DNA of 63,863 nucleotides, the filler included, from Craspedostauros australis (lineage: Eukaryota), in the NCBI GenBank assembly GCA_030167865.1. It is 13 parts of 13 records of this genome, joined end to end, with 100 filler letters (N's around TTAATTAATTAA, not from the genome) between each part and the next. Parts side by side here need not be neighbours in the genome. Positions count along the whole stretch, not along the records: positions 2,354 to 19,021 come from JALAGF010003597.1; positions 19,122 to 21,075 come from JALAGF010003599.1; positions 21,176 to 23,129 come from JALAGF010003600.1; positions 23,230 to 24,478 come from JALAGF010003601.1; 9 more parts are not named here. One strand, written 5' to 3'. Below are positions 12,625 through 24,578 of this stretch, in pieces. How positions within the stretch are numbered: the stretch's first letter is position 1; every line of letters starts with the position of its first letter. Made by a program: the position numbers and the translations under genes. The notes beneath the pieces were generated by a model, which was not told the origin of the DNA, ran no database searches, and worked only from the letters and a program-made list of their open reading frames with translations.

Positions 12625-13707
12625 GGAGAGATGATGGAAATGTGGGAACACACCAAAGTATTGGGTGCTCGGAACTTGTGGGCGAGGCCTCTTGGCCCTT
12701 TGCGTGCCGAGTCTTGGGTTCGATCGAGCTCTCCTCGGCACGAGTCAGAATGAGAACGATTGGAGGCAGTTGGAACCGCGGGTGTTGGTATTCGCACGAG
12801 TGCACACTCACGCTTGTGCGACCAATCCCAATCCACGAACCCTGTATACCAAGGCGACCGTACTATACTCGTGCTCCGTCCAGATCTGCATTGGGTCTTG
12901 GTGAGACGACGATGGTCATGGTGGTAGCGGGGTTGGTGTTGACACCCTCTTCGTATGAATATCCCGCGCGACGAATCGGCGCAGCTGCACGCGATAGAAT
13001 ACAACGCAGCCAAGCCGCATATATGTACGTACATACCTACAGAAACGCACGAACGAATACACGCTAGCCCGTGAACGCACAACCACAAGAGCAACAACAA
13101 GAAGCAAACGAATCATCGTCGATGCAGGTGATTTAGACGTCTCAGCATGCATGCCCATGCCTGGGATACAATATTCCGCGAGGTTTCGCTTGAAGGTCTC
13201 TGCAATGGATAGCAGCATGCTCATTGGCCGCAGGCCTCGTTTTGATGACACCAACGTAAACGTGTGGTAAATACTTGTAAGACTTTGATTTTGCCAACAG
13301 ATGAGCGTTTCTGCAATTGAGGAGGTTCCATTACTGTGTGATGGTGTCACAGAAGTCTGTACCAATAGCCTGCCATCATGCAACTCTGCAGGAGGTATTG
13401 TGATGGACAAGATCACCGTCACAAATTGCTGGACAAGACAGGCAACTAAAGCAACAAACGCATTGAGTCACCTCTCGAATCTCAATCCACGCCTTGGAAT
13501 CAGAGTCTTCTCCCCATTTGAACAAATTATGCATAGGTACAACGGAGGCTTGGCGTAAAGGGATGTCGGCCAAATACAATCAACCAAGAAGAATGAGATG
13601 GACAAGAAAGCGGAAGTCAAGTCGTTCGTGGTGGGTGTTTCCGCCAATAGTATTGGTTTTAGTGCATAATTCAGGCGCACAGGGCATTAACGGAAACATC
13701 AACAACA

Positions 13708-13781
13708 GCTCCATTAGCTCAGTTGGTTAGAGCACCTCATTAGTAATGAGGAGGTCCGTGGTTCGAATCCGCGATGAAGCT
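13708..13781 (+). tRNA. tRNA-Thr (anticodon AGT)
   Basis: Cloverleaf: acceptor GCTCCAT/ATGAAGC, D arm GCTC..GAGC, anticodon arm CCTCA-TTAGTAA-TGAGG, T arm CGTGG-TTCGAAT-CCGCG. Followed by an oligo-T Pol III terminator at about 13786-13790. Confidence 0.93.
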
Positions 13782-14235
13782 TGTCTTTTTGGAGGTTTTG
13801 ACTGAGATTTTCTCATTTTGTTGGCACATTTTGGCAGAATCGTGCTTGTTTCTGTCGTTTTCTTGATTTCTCCTTCTTGTCTGTCTGCGTGTGGAACCAT
13901 GTGTCTGTTTGTCTGTCTGTTTGATCGAGAAGTATAGATTCACCGACTTCTGACATCAACAACGACAATGTTGTTTGTGCACAACCGAGTCGTGTATTCG
14001 CAATGTGCGCAACAAACTCGACTCAATGGAATGCTTGAACCTGTCCAAACAACAACTACGGAATTCGAAAAACACACGACAAGTCACGTACTCCTCGGGT
14101 GAATGTCTTTCACCTCTGTTGCCGTTTGTCACGTTGTCATGTTCTTGGCGCACATGTCAGTACCCATGCTTGCACTTCCACCAGGCATGTTTGCGATTGC
14201 TTCTGCAGGAACCACAAATCGTGAGAGACGCGAAG

Positions 14236-17200
14236 ATGAAACACCTGCGCAGCCGTCGCCTCTTCTGGGCGGTTGCTCTCATGTCCTCCAGCCTCGTGAC
14301 CCTATCAACGACCTTGGTGGTGGCCTCGTCGCTTCCCGAAGGCGTGGTGCCGCCGATAGGCAACCTCATCCGAGACAAGGTGTCGTCGGTGTATTCGGCT
14401 GCCGAGAATGGGAACGTCTCCCGCGGCGGCGGGCTTTTGGTCATCTCCACAGTGGATGGAAAGATCCACGTGCTGGATGCCCAGACCGGGATGCTCAAGA
14501 GCTCGTTCCCGTCCGGACGATCCCTGGTGGGCGCATCCTCGTCCATTGATGGCACTGATGGCGGCGGTGACGGCGACAGAGATGATGCTCGAGGCCAAAG
14601 GATCGTTCCAGGACTGGATGGACGCTTGTACGTGGACGACCAGACCACCGAGCTTCTGGAGCCGCTGTCCATCACCGTCCTCGACGTGTTGCAGAGTCCA
14701 GTGAAGACCTGCTCGACGGCCCTGGATGAGGGTGAAGAGTTCGCCAATTGCGGGATCGTCACGGCCAGTAAAACCAAATCCCTGTTCGCCCTGGATGGGC
14801 AGAGCGGAGCGCTGCTTTGGCATCAGGATGCGCAGGGAGACACGACTCGCAACGAGCACATCGATGCGGTGGACATCTCAGGCCACACGGTGCTTCTGCA
14901 GCGTGAGGACGTGGCCGTCCGCCAGATATCAGCGGCAACCGGGAATCAGGTCTGGAACGTGACGCTGGGACTGATGCAGGCGCTAGATTTTACGGAGGAT
15001 GATGACGAGGGCGAAGCATTTGACGAATGGAGCCTGCCCCACCGCACCAGCAATGCCGAGCCATCCAATCGCATCGCCCCTCCGAGTGGGGACATATTCG
15101 AACCAGGAAAGAGCAGTGCGCCGGACGTGGCCGCGATCCCCACCGTCGTCTTCGGCGACGATGGCCAATCAATACTGGCTGTGCTAGTGGGGAAGAATCC
15201 GCACGCGAAGGCAAACCGAAAGAGAAGGGCACAGCAGGATACGAATACATGGGAGCAGGAGTTCGATTCTGTCATCGCATCGGTGTTTGGTGTCAGCGGA
15301 GCGAAGTGGGTTTCGGTCACAGTCGTGGATGACATCGCAGACGTCGACACCGTGGTGCAGCCCCAGCACCACGCCTTGGCAACGCCCAACGTAATGGGTG
15401 ACCCTGCATATTTCGCGGGCATGGGCGCCGCCGCCGCTGCGGATGCGATCCAACCACCCAGTCTTGGCGACGAGGCCGATGAGAAGTTAGGCCTGACGTT
15501 CTACCGAGAACCGAACTTGCAAGATGCGATAGACCGGCAATGGCGAATCGCAGCGTGGCGACGGCACACGAACAATCTCCTAACCAGAGCATCCTACCGG
15601 CAATGCTTCCTCACGGGGTTATGCAGCCAATACGATGCGGAACTGCTGGCCGAAGCCGACATACAACAGCAGCACCAACTTCAACTTCAACAGCCTTCCT
15701 GGAAGCACAGGCTCGCGCTTCCGTCGCCACCATCATGGATAGCGGAAGAAGGAACGCACATCAAAGGATCGCAATCGGGGATCTTCCTGAGCTGGAAGGT
15801 AATCATCACCATTGCCATGCTGCTGGCTGGCATCGCAATTGCGTTTAATCGCCGGATGCGGAAGATTCTCCTGAGGTCGATCGCTGAAGTGCAGAAGCAA
15901 ACGATTGCGGATGCACAGAAGCAGACGATAGCGGAGAAACGTTTCAAGGAACAACTAGCAGTATTCAATACTGGGCAGTCAGCATCATCATCAGACCATC
16001 CAAGATTCGAGGCGCCGAAGAAGGGATTCATCCGAAGCCAGAGCATGCCGCTTGTTGGTAGTTCATCGGGGAATGGTAAACCCCACCCATCAACCGTGAT
16101 CTCTTCCAACTCCAACGATCTCTACACAACCAACTTTTCACCCCTGCTTCATGAGAACGACAATCACCACGATGTCGATGAAAAGACATCGACTCCTTCA
16201 GGCTCGCAAGGTGCACAAGCAGGAAGCAAAACGACGATGGAACAAAACGACTCGAAGGCTGCAGAAACACAGCACATCGGAGACATCGATGGAATTCCGC
16301 TGATTCGATATGCAAGGTACGACTCTGAATTCAATGAGGTGGTTGCACTGGGGAAAGGTGGCTTTGGGTCCGTCTTTCGGTGTCAGAATGTGCTCGACAG
16401 CCGCGAGTACGCCATCAAAAAGATCTTCATCCAGTACAACCCGAACAAGGAGCAGCTCAAAGGCTTCTCCAGGAGATTGCAGCGTGTGCTGCGGGAAGTC
16501 AAAGTACTTGCCCTTCTCGACCATCCCAACATCGTCCGGTACTACACGGCGTGGCTGGAGCTGGACAGCTCCATCTCTCGCAAAGACAAGGGTTCGGAGA
16601 ATCTCAACGCCGACGACTACTACCTGCCGGGCTCGTCTTCGTCGCGGATGTTTGATGACAGCGAGACAGTGGAACAAAGCAAAACGGCACACTCTAAATC
16701 GCGCAGATTCATGGACGGTTCGTCGAGCGAACTTTTCTTTCGTGGCGGGGGTGGTGGTGATGGCGGTGCCGGTTGCATGCCGCGCTACTATGCCGACGAC
16801 AGCTTCACGTTTGACCGCGACACAACCCGCAATAATAATGGCGCGGACGAAACCGAGAGTCAAGATGACAGATACGCAGACTGCGGTTTCACTTTCGAAG
16901 ATACTGCTACGAGCAAGGATGACGCAGGCGAGACCACGAGCGACAAGGATGACATCGATCAATCGCTGATCGGTAGCTCGAAGCGAGAGCTCGAATCGGG
17001 TACGTCTACGGGTATGTCAAACAGGCCAATCAACTCCGTGGCAGAAGAAGCAGCAACAGCTGAGCGCGACGAGACCAATGGTACAGGCGCACGCGCAGAC
17101 GCAGACACAGGTCCGGCAGAAGCCAAGAATGCCTCGAAAAAGGAAATCCTGCGCCATACGCTATTCATTCAGATGCAATTCTGCAGCCAGCAAACGCTTG

Positions 17201-17730
17201 CCGAATTCCTTCTCGACGAAGAGGCTCGCAAGGGCCCATCGCAATCGGATGTGGTTGACATTCCATTTGCGCTGCAGTTGTTCATGCAAATCGTGCAGGG
17301 GGTGCAGCATGTTCATTCGCAGGGCCTCATCCATAGAGACCTCAAGCCAAACAACTGCTTCATCGACAACAACGGTGTTGTGAAAGTCGGGGACTTTGGA
17401 CTGAGTCGTGACACCAACGATCAGCTCACCTCGGAGCTTGGTGCTGTGGACGAAACAGAGTCTTCAAATGGCGTGGACATCACGGCAGGAGTGGGCACTC
17501 GCTCGTACGCAAGCCCGGAGCAAATGAGCGGGTCGGACTACGATTCGTCCACGGATATCTACTCATTAGGTGTGATCTTGTTCGAGCTGTGCTATCCCAT
17601 GTACACGGTAAGTCCGACGCAATTTTCACCCTTGAAGCCAGGCGTGTGCGTAGAAGACTCCAAAACGCAGTGAGCGTACTCTATCCATGTGATTCGCTTT
17701 ACTCTACTTTTTTTAACATAAGCGATGCGG

Positions 17731-17772
<42 letters not shown>

Positions 17773-18316
17773 GCAAACCAATTGCATGCTCACCACGCCG
17801 TCTGTTCAGGGCATGGAACGGTACCTCATGCTCTCCAAGCTGAGGGCAAGGAACTTCCCGCAGTCGTGGTTGGATGGTATCAAGCACGATTTCCCCACGC
17901 TCCACCATCTGCTGTATCGTATGATGTCCGATGAGCCGTCGGAGAGACCATCCGCCAGTGCTGTCGCAGGAACAATCGAGTCCATCCTCGAGCAGTTCAC
18001 GATTTCGTCTCTAGACCGCCACGGGGACGATGCGATCCTGCTGCGGGTGGAGGCGATGCCCCGCGACGACGTGCTTCAGAACACGATGCAGTTGCTCAAG
18101 GATGCGGTTGTTCCAGACTACGCTATCGACATTCTCCAGTACGGCATGAAAGGTGGGACGAACAAAGCCGTTCTGGAATTTGCCATTGGTGTTCATGGCA
18201 TCCGCAACAAGCAGACTGTTGCAGTAGTTGGCCATCGAATCGTATCGAGCGTGGCATCCCACAGCGAAGTCCACCTCATTCGAAGGATCTTCATGGCAAA
18301 CACTGCCAAGGCGTAG
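14236..18316 (+). CDS. EIF2AK3: PERK-like ER-stress eIF2-alpha kinase (signal peptide, luminal IRE1/PERK-type domain, TM helix, kinase with large insert, C-terminal extension); exons 14236-17607 and 17810-18316, 1292 aa
   Basis: Signal peptide MKHLRSRRLFWAVALM...; luminal motifs VISTVDGKIHVLD and IVPGLDGRLY; TM IFLSWKVIITIAMLLAGIAIAF; kinase RYxSEF..LGKGGFG, YAIKKI, REVKVLALLDHPNIVRYY, LFIQMQFC, HRDLKPNN, DFG, VGTRSYASPEQ. Intron GTAAGT 17608...TTCAG 17809 restores PMYT|GMER. Confidence 0.9.
17734..17769 (+). repeat. (CT)n microsatellite inside the PERK intron
   Basis: About 18 CT units. Confidence 0.95.
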
Positions 18317-19121
18317 GCGTAGGCTGGCACGTGATTGGTGAGAAAAAGCGGTTGGCGGATGATGATTGAGAGAGCCGAAGCAGAAATAGGAATGCAGTGG
18401 AGCACTGCGAAATGAAAGGAAGGGAACGGATGCAAATGCCGCGCAGCCAGCGTGATGATGAAAGTCAATGCAAGCCACAGCGACAATCCCCAGCGGAGGC
18501 GTGACTCGATCTGAATCAGCGCAGGAGAATCAGAGTATGCTTAGGACCTATTCTATTATACAAGAGACCTTACCTTGCATCCCCTGTGCATGCGTACCTA
18601 TGATGGAAGACCACATGATGCACGCCATTGTTCGCAAGGAGCCCGCATGTAGTTGGTCGCTTGCCGTCGGTACGACCTGCAGAGAATGTAAAATGGGTCG
18701 CGATAGCACTAGTTGTGGAGTTTTACTCGTGATGAGTCGTGATAAAGTAGACTAAAATAGAGCACACCCAAAACCATCCAAATTACTGCTTATGATGCTA
18801 TATCTCAACACCACATCATTTAAAATTAAAACTAGACAGTGCATTCGGACGCTTGGCTATCGTTTATTCTGAATATCGAAGTTAAATTTGTATGGACTTT
18901 ATTTTTAATGTCCTTTTGGCTTGCTGTCAGTCAGGTTGTGGGTGCGAAAAATTCTCGATGGCACCATGCTGCCCTACCTTCACCACCCATGATCATCATT
19001 ATCATCCCTGGCATTTTCACANNNNNNNNNNNNNNNNNNNNNNNNNNNNNNNNNNNNNNNNNNNNTTAATTAATTAANNNNNNNNNNNNNNNNNNNNNNN
19101 NNNNNNNNNNNNNNNNNNNNN

Positions 19122-19205
19122 AAACGACACAAACAAACGACACAAACAAACGACACAAACAAACGACACAAACAAACGACACAAACAAACGACACAAACA
19201 AACGA
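19122..19205 (+). repeat. 13-bp minisatellite (AAACGACACAAAC)n at contig start; second copy at 21176-21259
   Basis: About 6 perfect units running into the gap. Confidence 0.9.
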
Positions 19206-19398
19206 ACAGACAGACAAACAGACGGACATAGCCACCACCTGGTGACGACATGTGAGATGCAGGCACATGGTCGCACCTGCAAAAGCAGTAATCGACATGC
19301 AGGCAAACCTTGATCTAAGCATTCGTACTACCATACATGCCAAACCACACTGTTTATGTTCGCCATTTCGCTTTGTTGTCGTGGTTCGTCGGCGTTCT

Positions 19399-20920
19399 TC
19401 ACTCCTCTGTAACAACAGCCATCCCCTCCAGACCCTGCTCCTCTTCTGCTGCTGCCTCTTGCTCCATCAATCGTTTCGCTTCGGCCACGACCTCCTTGCC
19501 CCGATACTCCCATTCCTTGCGATTGGCGCGTGCGTAGTTCAGATACTCGTCGCTCGACTTGCCAAACACTCCGCAATCCTTCAGCTTCTTCGCCAGCGGG
19601 ATGATGTAGAAGTCAAAGAACCCCAGCTCGCCCTCGTACCAACCATCCAGCGGGTTCGATTCAGCCCGACCTGCCTTGTACGCGGCGTAGCACTCCTGCA
19701 GGAACCGCTGGTTCCACTTGCGGTACACGTGCCAATGCTGCATGGTGTGCGCCACGTCGCTGGCTTGGATCAGATGCTCGATCACGATAGTCGCCCTGCG
19801 GTTCGTGGCATCCTTAACCGATTCGTGATGGACCTTGTCGAAGGCCTTGTCCCATCGGTTGTTGCGCAGCTGCTTCAGCTCCTTGTCGACGATGTCGGTG
19901 GCCATGACGCCGTTGACGACAAGCTGCCGGAAGCGTTTCAGCTCCGTCGGTGTGGCGCAGATGCACGCCCTGAGGTCCCTGTATTCGTCAGACACGAACA
20001 GCTCCCACGACAGCGCCAGGGAGTTCTGTTCCGCGACAGATCTGTTGTTGTAAATCTTCGCGATCCGGGTGTTCTCCTTGACGAGCTGCGCGTTAGGGAT
20101 GCCAGCATGATCCACATCGTGGATCATGGCCGAGAATGCGCAGGCGAGCTGGGTGAGCGGATCGGACGTGATGCCGTACGTGTGATCATGCAACGTGGCT
20201 GCGACGTCTCTGTTATCGCTCCTATCCCCATCGCCATCATTGCCATTGTCATCGTTGGTTGCTGTGCTGTGCTGTGTCGCCTGCTTGATTTCGTCGAGAT
20301 CAGTAGGTGCCACGATGCGAGCCAGCAGCTTGACGACGGACATGGTGACATGCGACGCATGCTCGAAGTTATGGAACGCATTGTCTCTGTACATCATGGC
20401 GATGTTGGACACGAAGGATCGAAGCTGGTTCACGATGGTTAGATCGATGGTAACGTGATCAGGATCCATCTCCATGCGCCCGACCTGTTGGTCGTATGCC
20501 GGTAGGTGGATGATCTCTTCGACTTCATCGAGCGGATGGAGATGGTTGGAATCGAAGTTGTCCACAACTGCCGTACTCTCTTGGCCATGGCTGGAGTTCT
20601 TGTTCCTGGACAGCAACGACTGTGACGACTTCGGGGAAAGGGACTGCTGTTGCTGCTGCTGCTGTGTGGCCTCCCTACGAGCCACGATGTGTCGGATGAT
20701 GTGCAGCAACATCTCGACGTTCCACTCCACCAACCGCGATGTCTTCTCTCGGTAGTTGATCATGGCTTTGGAATCGGTCCCTGCCGCACCTTGAGCATGC
20801 TTGCCGTGGCCCGATGTCTTTCCATCGCCTCCGGTCAGGTGAATGTTAATCTCCGAGATGGTACCCTCGCTCGTGACACTCTCCTCGTCGGATGAGCGCT
20901 TCGATGATCGGATCCAGTAG
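19399..20920 (-). CDS. Terminal exon encoding a class I 3',5'-cyclic nucleotide phosphodiesterase domain, probably of a diatom nucleotide cyclase-PDE chimera (upstream exons absent)
   Basis: FHNFEHASHV, IHDVDHAG (HD), AEQNS, VMATDI, IQASDVAHTMQHW, GELGFFDFYIIP. Acceptor CACAACAG at 20921 is followed by (T)YWI, matching the TYW end of class III cyclase domains, then RLVEWNVEML. Confidence 0.88.
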
Positions 20921-21452
20921 CTGTTGTGGCATGCGTTGGTCGAGTTTTGACAATGGGAGCGTGCAAGCATATGCAATACAGGATAATGGATAGGCACAGG
21001 CACAGGCATAGAAGTAGTTGCAGCACCAACAGCGTTGATCGAATCGGTGAAAAAGGGGGATGGTGACGTGCGTGTNNNNNNNNNNNNNNNNNNNNNNNNN
21101 NNNNNNNNNNNNNNNNNNNTTAATTAATTAANNNNNNNNNNNNNNNNNNNNNNNNNNNNNNNNNNNNNNNNNNNNAAACGACACAAACAAACGACACAAA
21201 CAAACGACACAAACAAACGACACAAACAAACGACACAAACAAACGACACAAACAAACGAACAGACAGACAAACAGACGGACATAGCCACCACCTGGTGAC
21301 GACATGTGAGATGCAGGCACATGGTCGCACCTGCAAAAGCAGTAATCGACATGCAGGCAAACCTTGATCTAAGCATTCGTACTACCATACATGCCAAACC
21401 ACACTGTTTATGTTCGCCATTTCGCTTTGTTGTCGTGGTTCGTCGGCGTTCT

Positions 21453-22974
21453 TCACTCCTCTGTAACAACAGCCATCCCCTCCAGACCCTGCTCCTCTTC
21501 TGCTGCTGCCTCTTGCTCCATCAATCGTTTCGCTTCGGCCACGACCTCCTTGCCCCGATACTCCCATTCCTTGCGATTGGCGCGTGCGTAGTTCAGATAC
21601 TCGTCGCTCGACTTGCCAAACACTCCGCAATCCTTCAGCTTCTTCGCCAGCGGGATGATGTAGAAGTCGAAGAACCCCAGCTCGCCCTCGTACCAACCAT
21701 CCAGTGGGTTCGATTCAGCCCGACCTGCCTTGTACGCGGCGTAGCACTCCTGCAGGAACCGCTGGTTCCACTTGCGATACACGTGCCAATGCTGCATGGT
21801 GTGTGCCACGTCGCTGGCCTGGATCAGATGCTCGATCACGATCGTCGCCCTGCGGTTCGTGGCATCCTTAACCGATTCGTGATGGACCTTGTCGAAGGCC
21901 TTGTCCCATCGGTTGTTGCGCAGCTGCTTCAGCTCCTTGTCGACGATGTCGGTGGCCATGACGCCGTTGACGACAAGCTGCCGGAAGCGTTTCAGCTCCG
22001 TCGGTGTGGCGCAGATGCACGCCCTGAGGTCCCTGTATTCGTCAGACACGAACAGCTCCCACGACAGCGCCAGGGAGTTCTGTTCCGCGACAGATCTGTT
22101 GTTGTAAATCTTCGCGATCCGGGTGTTCTCCTTGACGAGCTGCGCGTTAGGGATGCCAGCATGATCCACATCGTGGATCATGGCCGAGAATGCGCAGGCG
22201 AGCTGGGTGAGCGGATCGGACGTGATGCCGTACGTGTGATCATGCAACGTGGCTGCGACGTCTCTGTTATCGCTCCTATCCCCATCGCCATCATTGCCAT
22301 TGTCATCGTTGGTTGCTGTGCTGTGCTGTGTCGCCTGCTTGATTTCGTCGAGATCAGTAGGTGCCACGATGCGAGCCAGCAGCTTGACGACGGACATGGT
22401 GACATGCGACGCATGCTCGAAGTTATGGAACGCATTGTCTCTGTACATCATGGCGATGTTGGACACGAAGGATCGAAGCTGGTTCACGATGGTTAGATCG
22501 ATGGTAACGTGATCAGGATCCATCTCCATGCGCCCGACCTGTTGGTCGTATGCCGGTAGGTGGATGATCTCTTCGACTTCATCGAGCGGATGGAGATGGT
22601 TGGAATCGAAGTTGTCCACAACTGCCGTACTCTCTTGGCCATGGCTGGAGTTCTTGTTCCTGGACAGCAACGACTGTGACGACTTCGGGGAAAGGGACTG
22701 CTGTTGCTGCTGCTGCTGTGTGGCCTCCCTACGAGCCACGATGTGTCGGATGATGTGCAGCAACATCTCGACGTTCCACTCCACCAACCGCGATGTCTTC
22801 TCTCGGTAGTTGATCATGGCTTTGGAATCGGTCCCTGCCGCACCTTGAGCATGCTTGCCGTGGCCCGATGTCTTTCCATCGCCTCCGGTCAGGTGAATGT
22901 TAATCTCCGAGATGGTACCCTCGCTCGTGACACTCTCCTCGTCGGATGAGCGCTTCGATGATCGGATCCAGTAG
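21453..22974 (-). CDS. Second copy (allele or paralog) of the same PDE exon
   Basis: Contig 21176-23129 repeats 19122-21075 at offset 2054. Identical protein; six synonymous SNPs seen. Confidence 0.88.
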
Positions 22975-23806
22975 CTGTTGTGGCATGCGTTGGTCGAGTT
23001 TTGACAATGGGAGCGTGCAAGCATATGCAATACAGGATAATGGATAGGCACAGGCACAGGCATAGAAGTAGTTGCAGCACCAACAGCGTTGATCGAATCG
23101 GTGAAAAAGGGGGATGGTGACGTGCGTGTNNNNNNNNNNNNNNNNNNNNNNNNNNNNNNNNNNNNNNNNNNNNTTAATTAATTAANNNNNNNNNNNNNNN
23201 NNNNNNNNNNNNNNNNNNNNNNNNNNNNNGTTCCGTAGCCGAGGTCCTCCCAGAGTTTACACTCTCGCTTGGAGGCGGCGTGTTGTACCCATCCCAAGTT
23301 AGGCCCGGACCATATCTCAATGATCAACCGAGGCCGTAGATTGGTCTGGCAATGGAGGACCCAGTTACGCCATTCCGTGTGCTGGACCCCGTGGGCGACC
23401 AGAAAGTCCACCGGAAATTTGTTCAAAATCCGGTGGGACACTCTTGCCGTCGACCCAAGGAAACGGGTCGAGTCCGGATAAGTCCGGAGTGGTTGGGCCA
23501 GGTTGCCGTCGTGGGTGCAGAGGACGTGCTCGAAAGCAGGCCAGGTGCTTTCGGTCATGTGTAGACCAAAGTTCAGGGTGGCGTAGCGCAGCGAGCAGGT
23601 AGAGGACTTAGGGAGTTGTTTTGTTGAAAGTGCAACGATATCTGCTAAGTTAGGGCTTAGGAGTATGTCGCTCGGGGCGTCCGGGGTGTCGGTGTGCGTG
23701 TGTTGGTGGTCTGTGGTGATGTCGGTATCAGTGGTTGTTGAGTGGTGTCGAGGTGGGCACGAGTTGTGGACAGCACAGAGAAGCAAGAGTCAAGGCAAAC
23801 ACATGG

Positions 23807-24478
23807 TTAGGCATCATCCTCTTCTCCGCCTCCGCGCTTCGAAATTGCTTCCTGCAGGATGCGGGTGATAACGTCGGCGGCCTTCTCGCCTTGGTTCACG
23901 CATTTCGCGACCTGTTTGGCTTTCGCCATCGCCACCTTCTTCTTGAAGAGATACCCGAATGGGCAGCCGCTGTCGCGGATCTCATGGACCTTGCTGTTCC
24001 CGCCGCAGTGCTTGCACTTCTTCCGACCCGTTTCGGTTGGGGCGGTGTCAGTGTCCTCCTTTGGTGCCGAGGGCGAACCAAGGGTGGTGAGTGCACGCTG
24101 CTGGAACTTCTCCAAGACCTTCAGGTTGCACCAGCCGCCGCGCGCTCCTTCACGCACGATGACGTAGGTGCGGAAGATCATGAGGTTGCGCGAGGCCGCG
24201 AAGTTGCGTGCGTCGAAGAGGGCCTTGGCGTAGTGCTCGTGGTACACGAGGGCTGAGTCCTCCCACCCGTTGGTTGTCTTGAATGCCTCCTCTTGTAGTT
24301 TGAGGAGGAGTTCATGGTAGTAGGTCATGAACAGCTTGAGGACAGCGACCCATCCCCCGCCTTGCTGGTAGAGAGTGATTTGCTCGTCGGAGTAGTAGCC
24401 GTGGCGGAGGATGTGACCCACATCGTTGAGGTAGCGGGTCATCACGTCGTCGCGGATGCTGTTGAAGTCACCGGCGAG
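23807..24478 (-). CDS. Gag-like ORF1, 5'-truncated
   Basis: C-terminal zinc knuckle-like CKHCGGNSKVHEIRDSGC; lies immediately upstream of pol after contig merging. Confidence 0.65.
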   Translation of the reverse strand, partial: LAGDFNSIRDDVMTRYLNDVGHILRHGYYSDEQITLYQQGGGWVAVLKLFMTYYHELLLKLQEEAFKTTNGWEDSALVYHEHYAKALFDARNFAASRNLMIFRTYVIVREGARGGWCNLKVLEKFQQRALTTLGSPSAPKEDTDTAPTETGRKKCKHCGGNSKVHEIRDSGCPFGYLFKKKVAMAKAKQVAKCVNQGEKAADVITRILQEAISKRGGGEEDDA

Positions 24479-24578
24479 NNNNNNNNNNNNNNNNNNNNNN
24501 NNNNNNNNNNNNNNNNNNNNNNTTAATTAATTAANNNNNNNNNNNNNNNNNNNNNNNNNNNNNNNNNNNNNNNNNNNN

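Noticed and set aside
13975..14235. N-terminal extensions given by the ORF track for PERK (13975), HflX (34657) and the ankyrin gene (40158)
   Set aside because: They start at non-ATG or far-upstream codons, place signal peptides internally and resemble UTR/promoter sequence.
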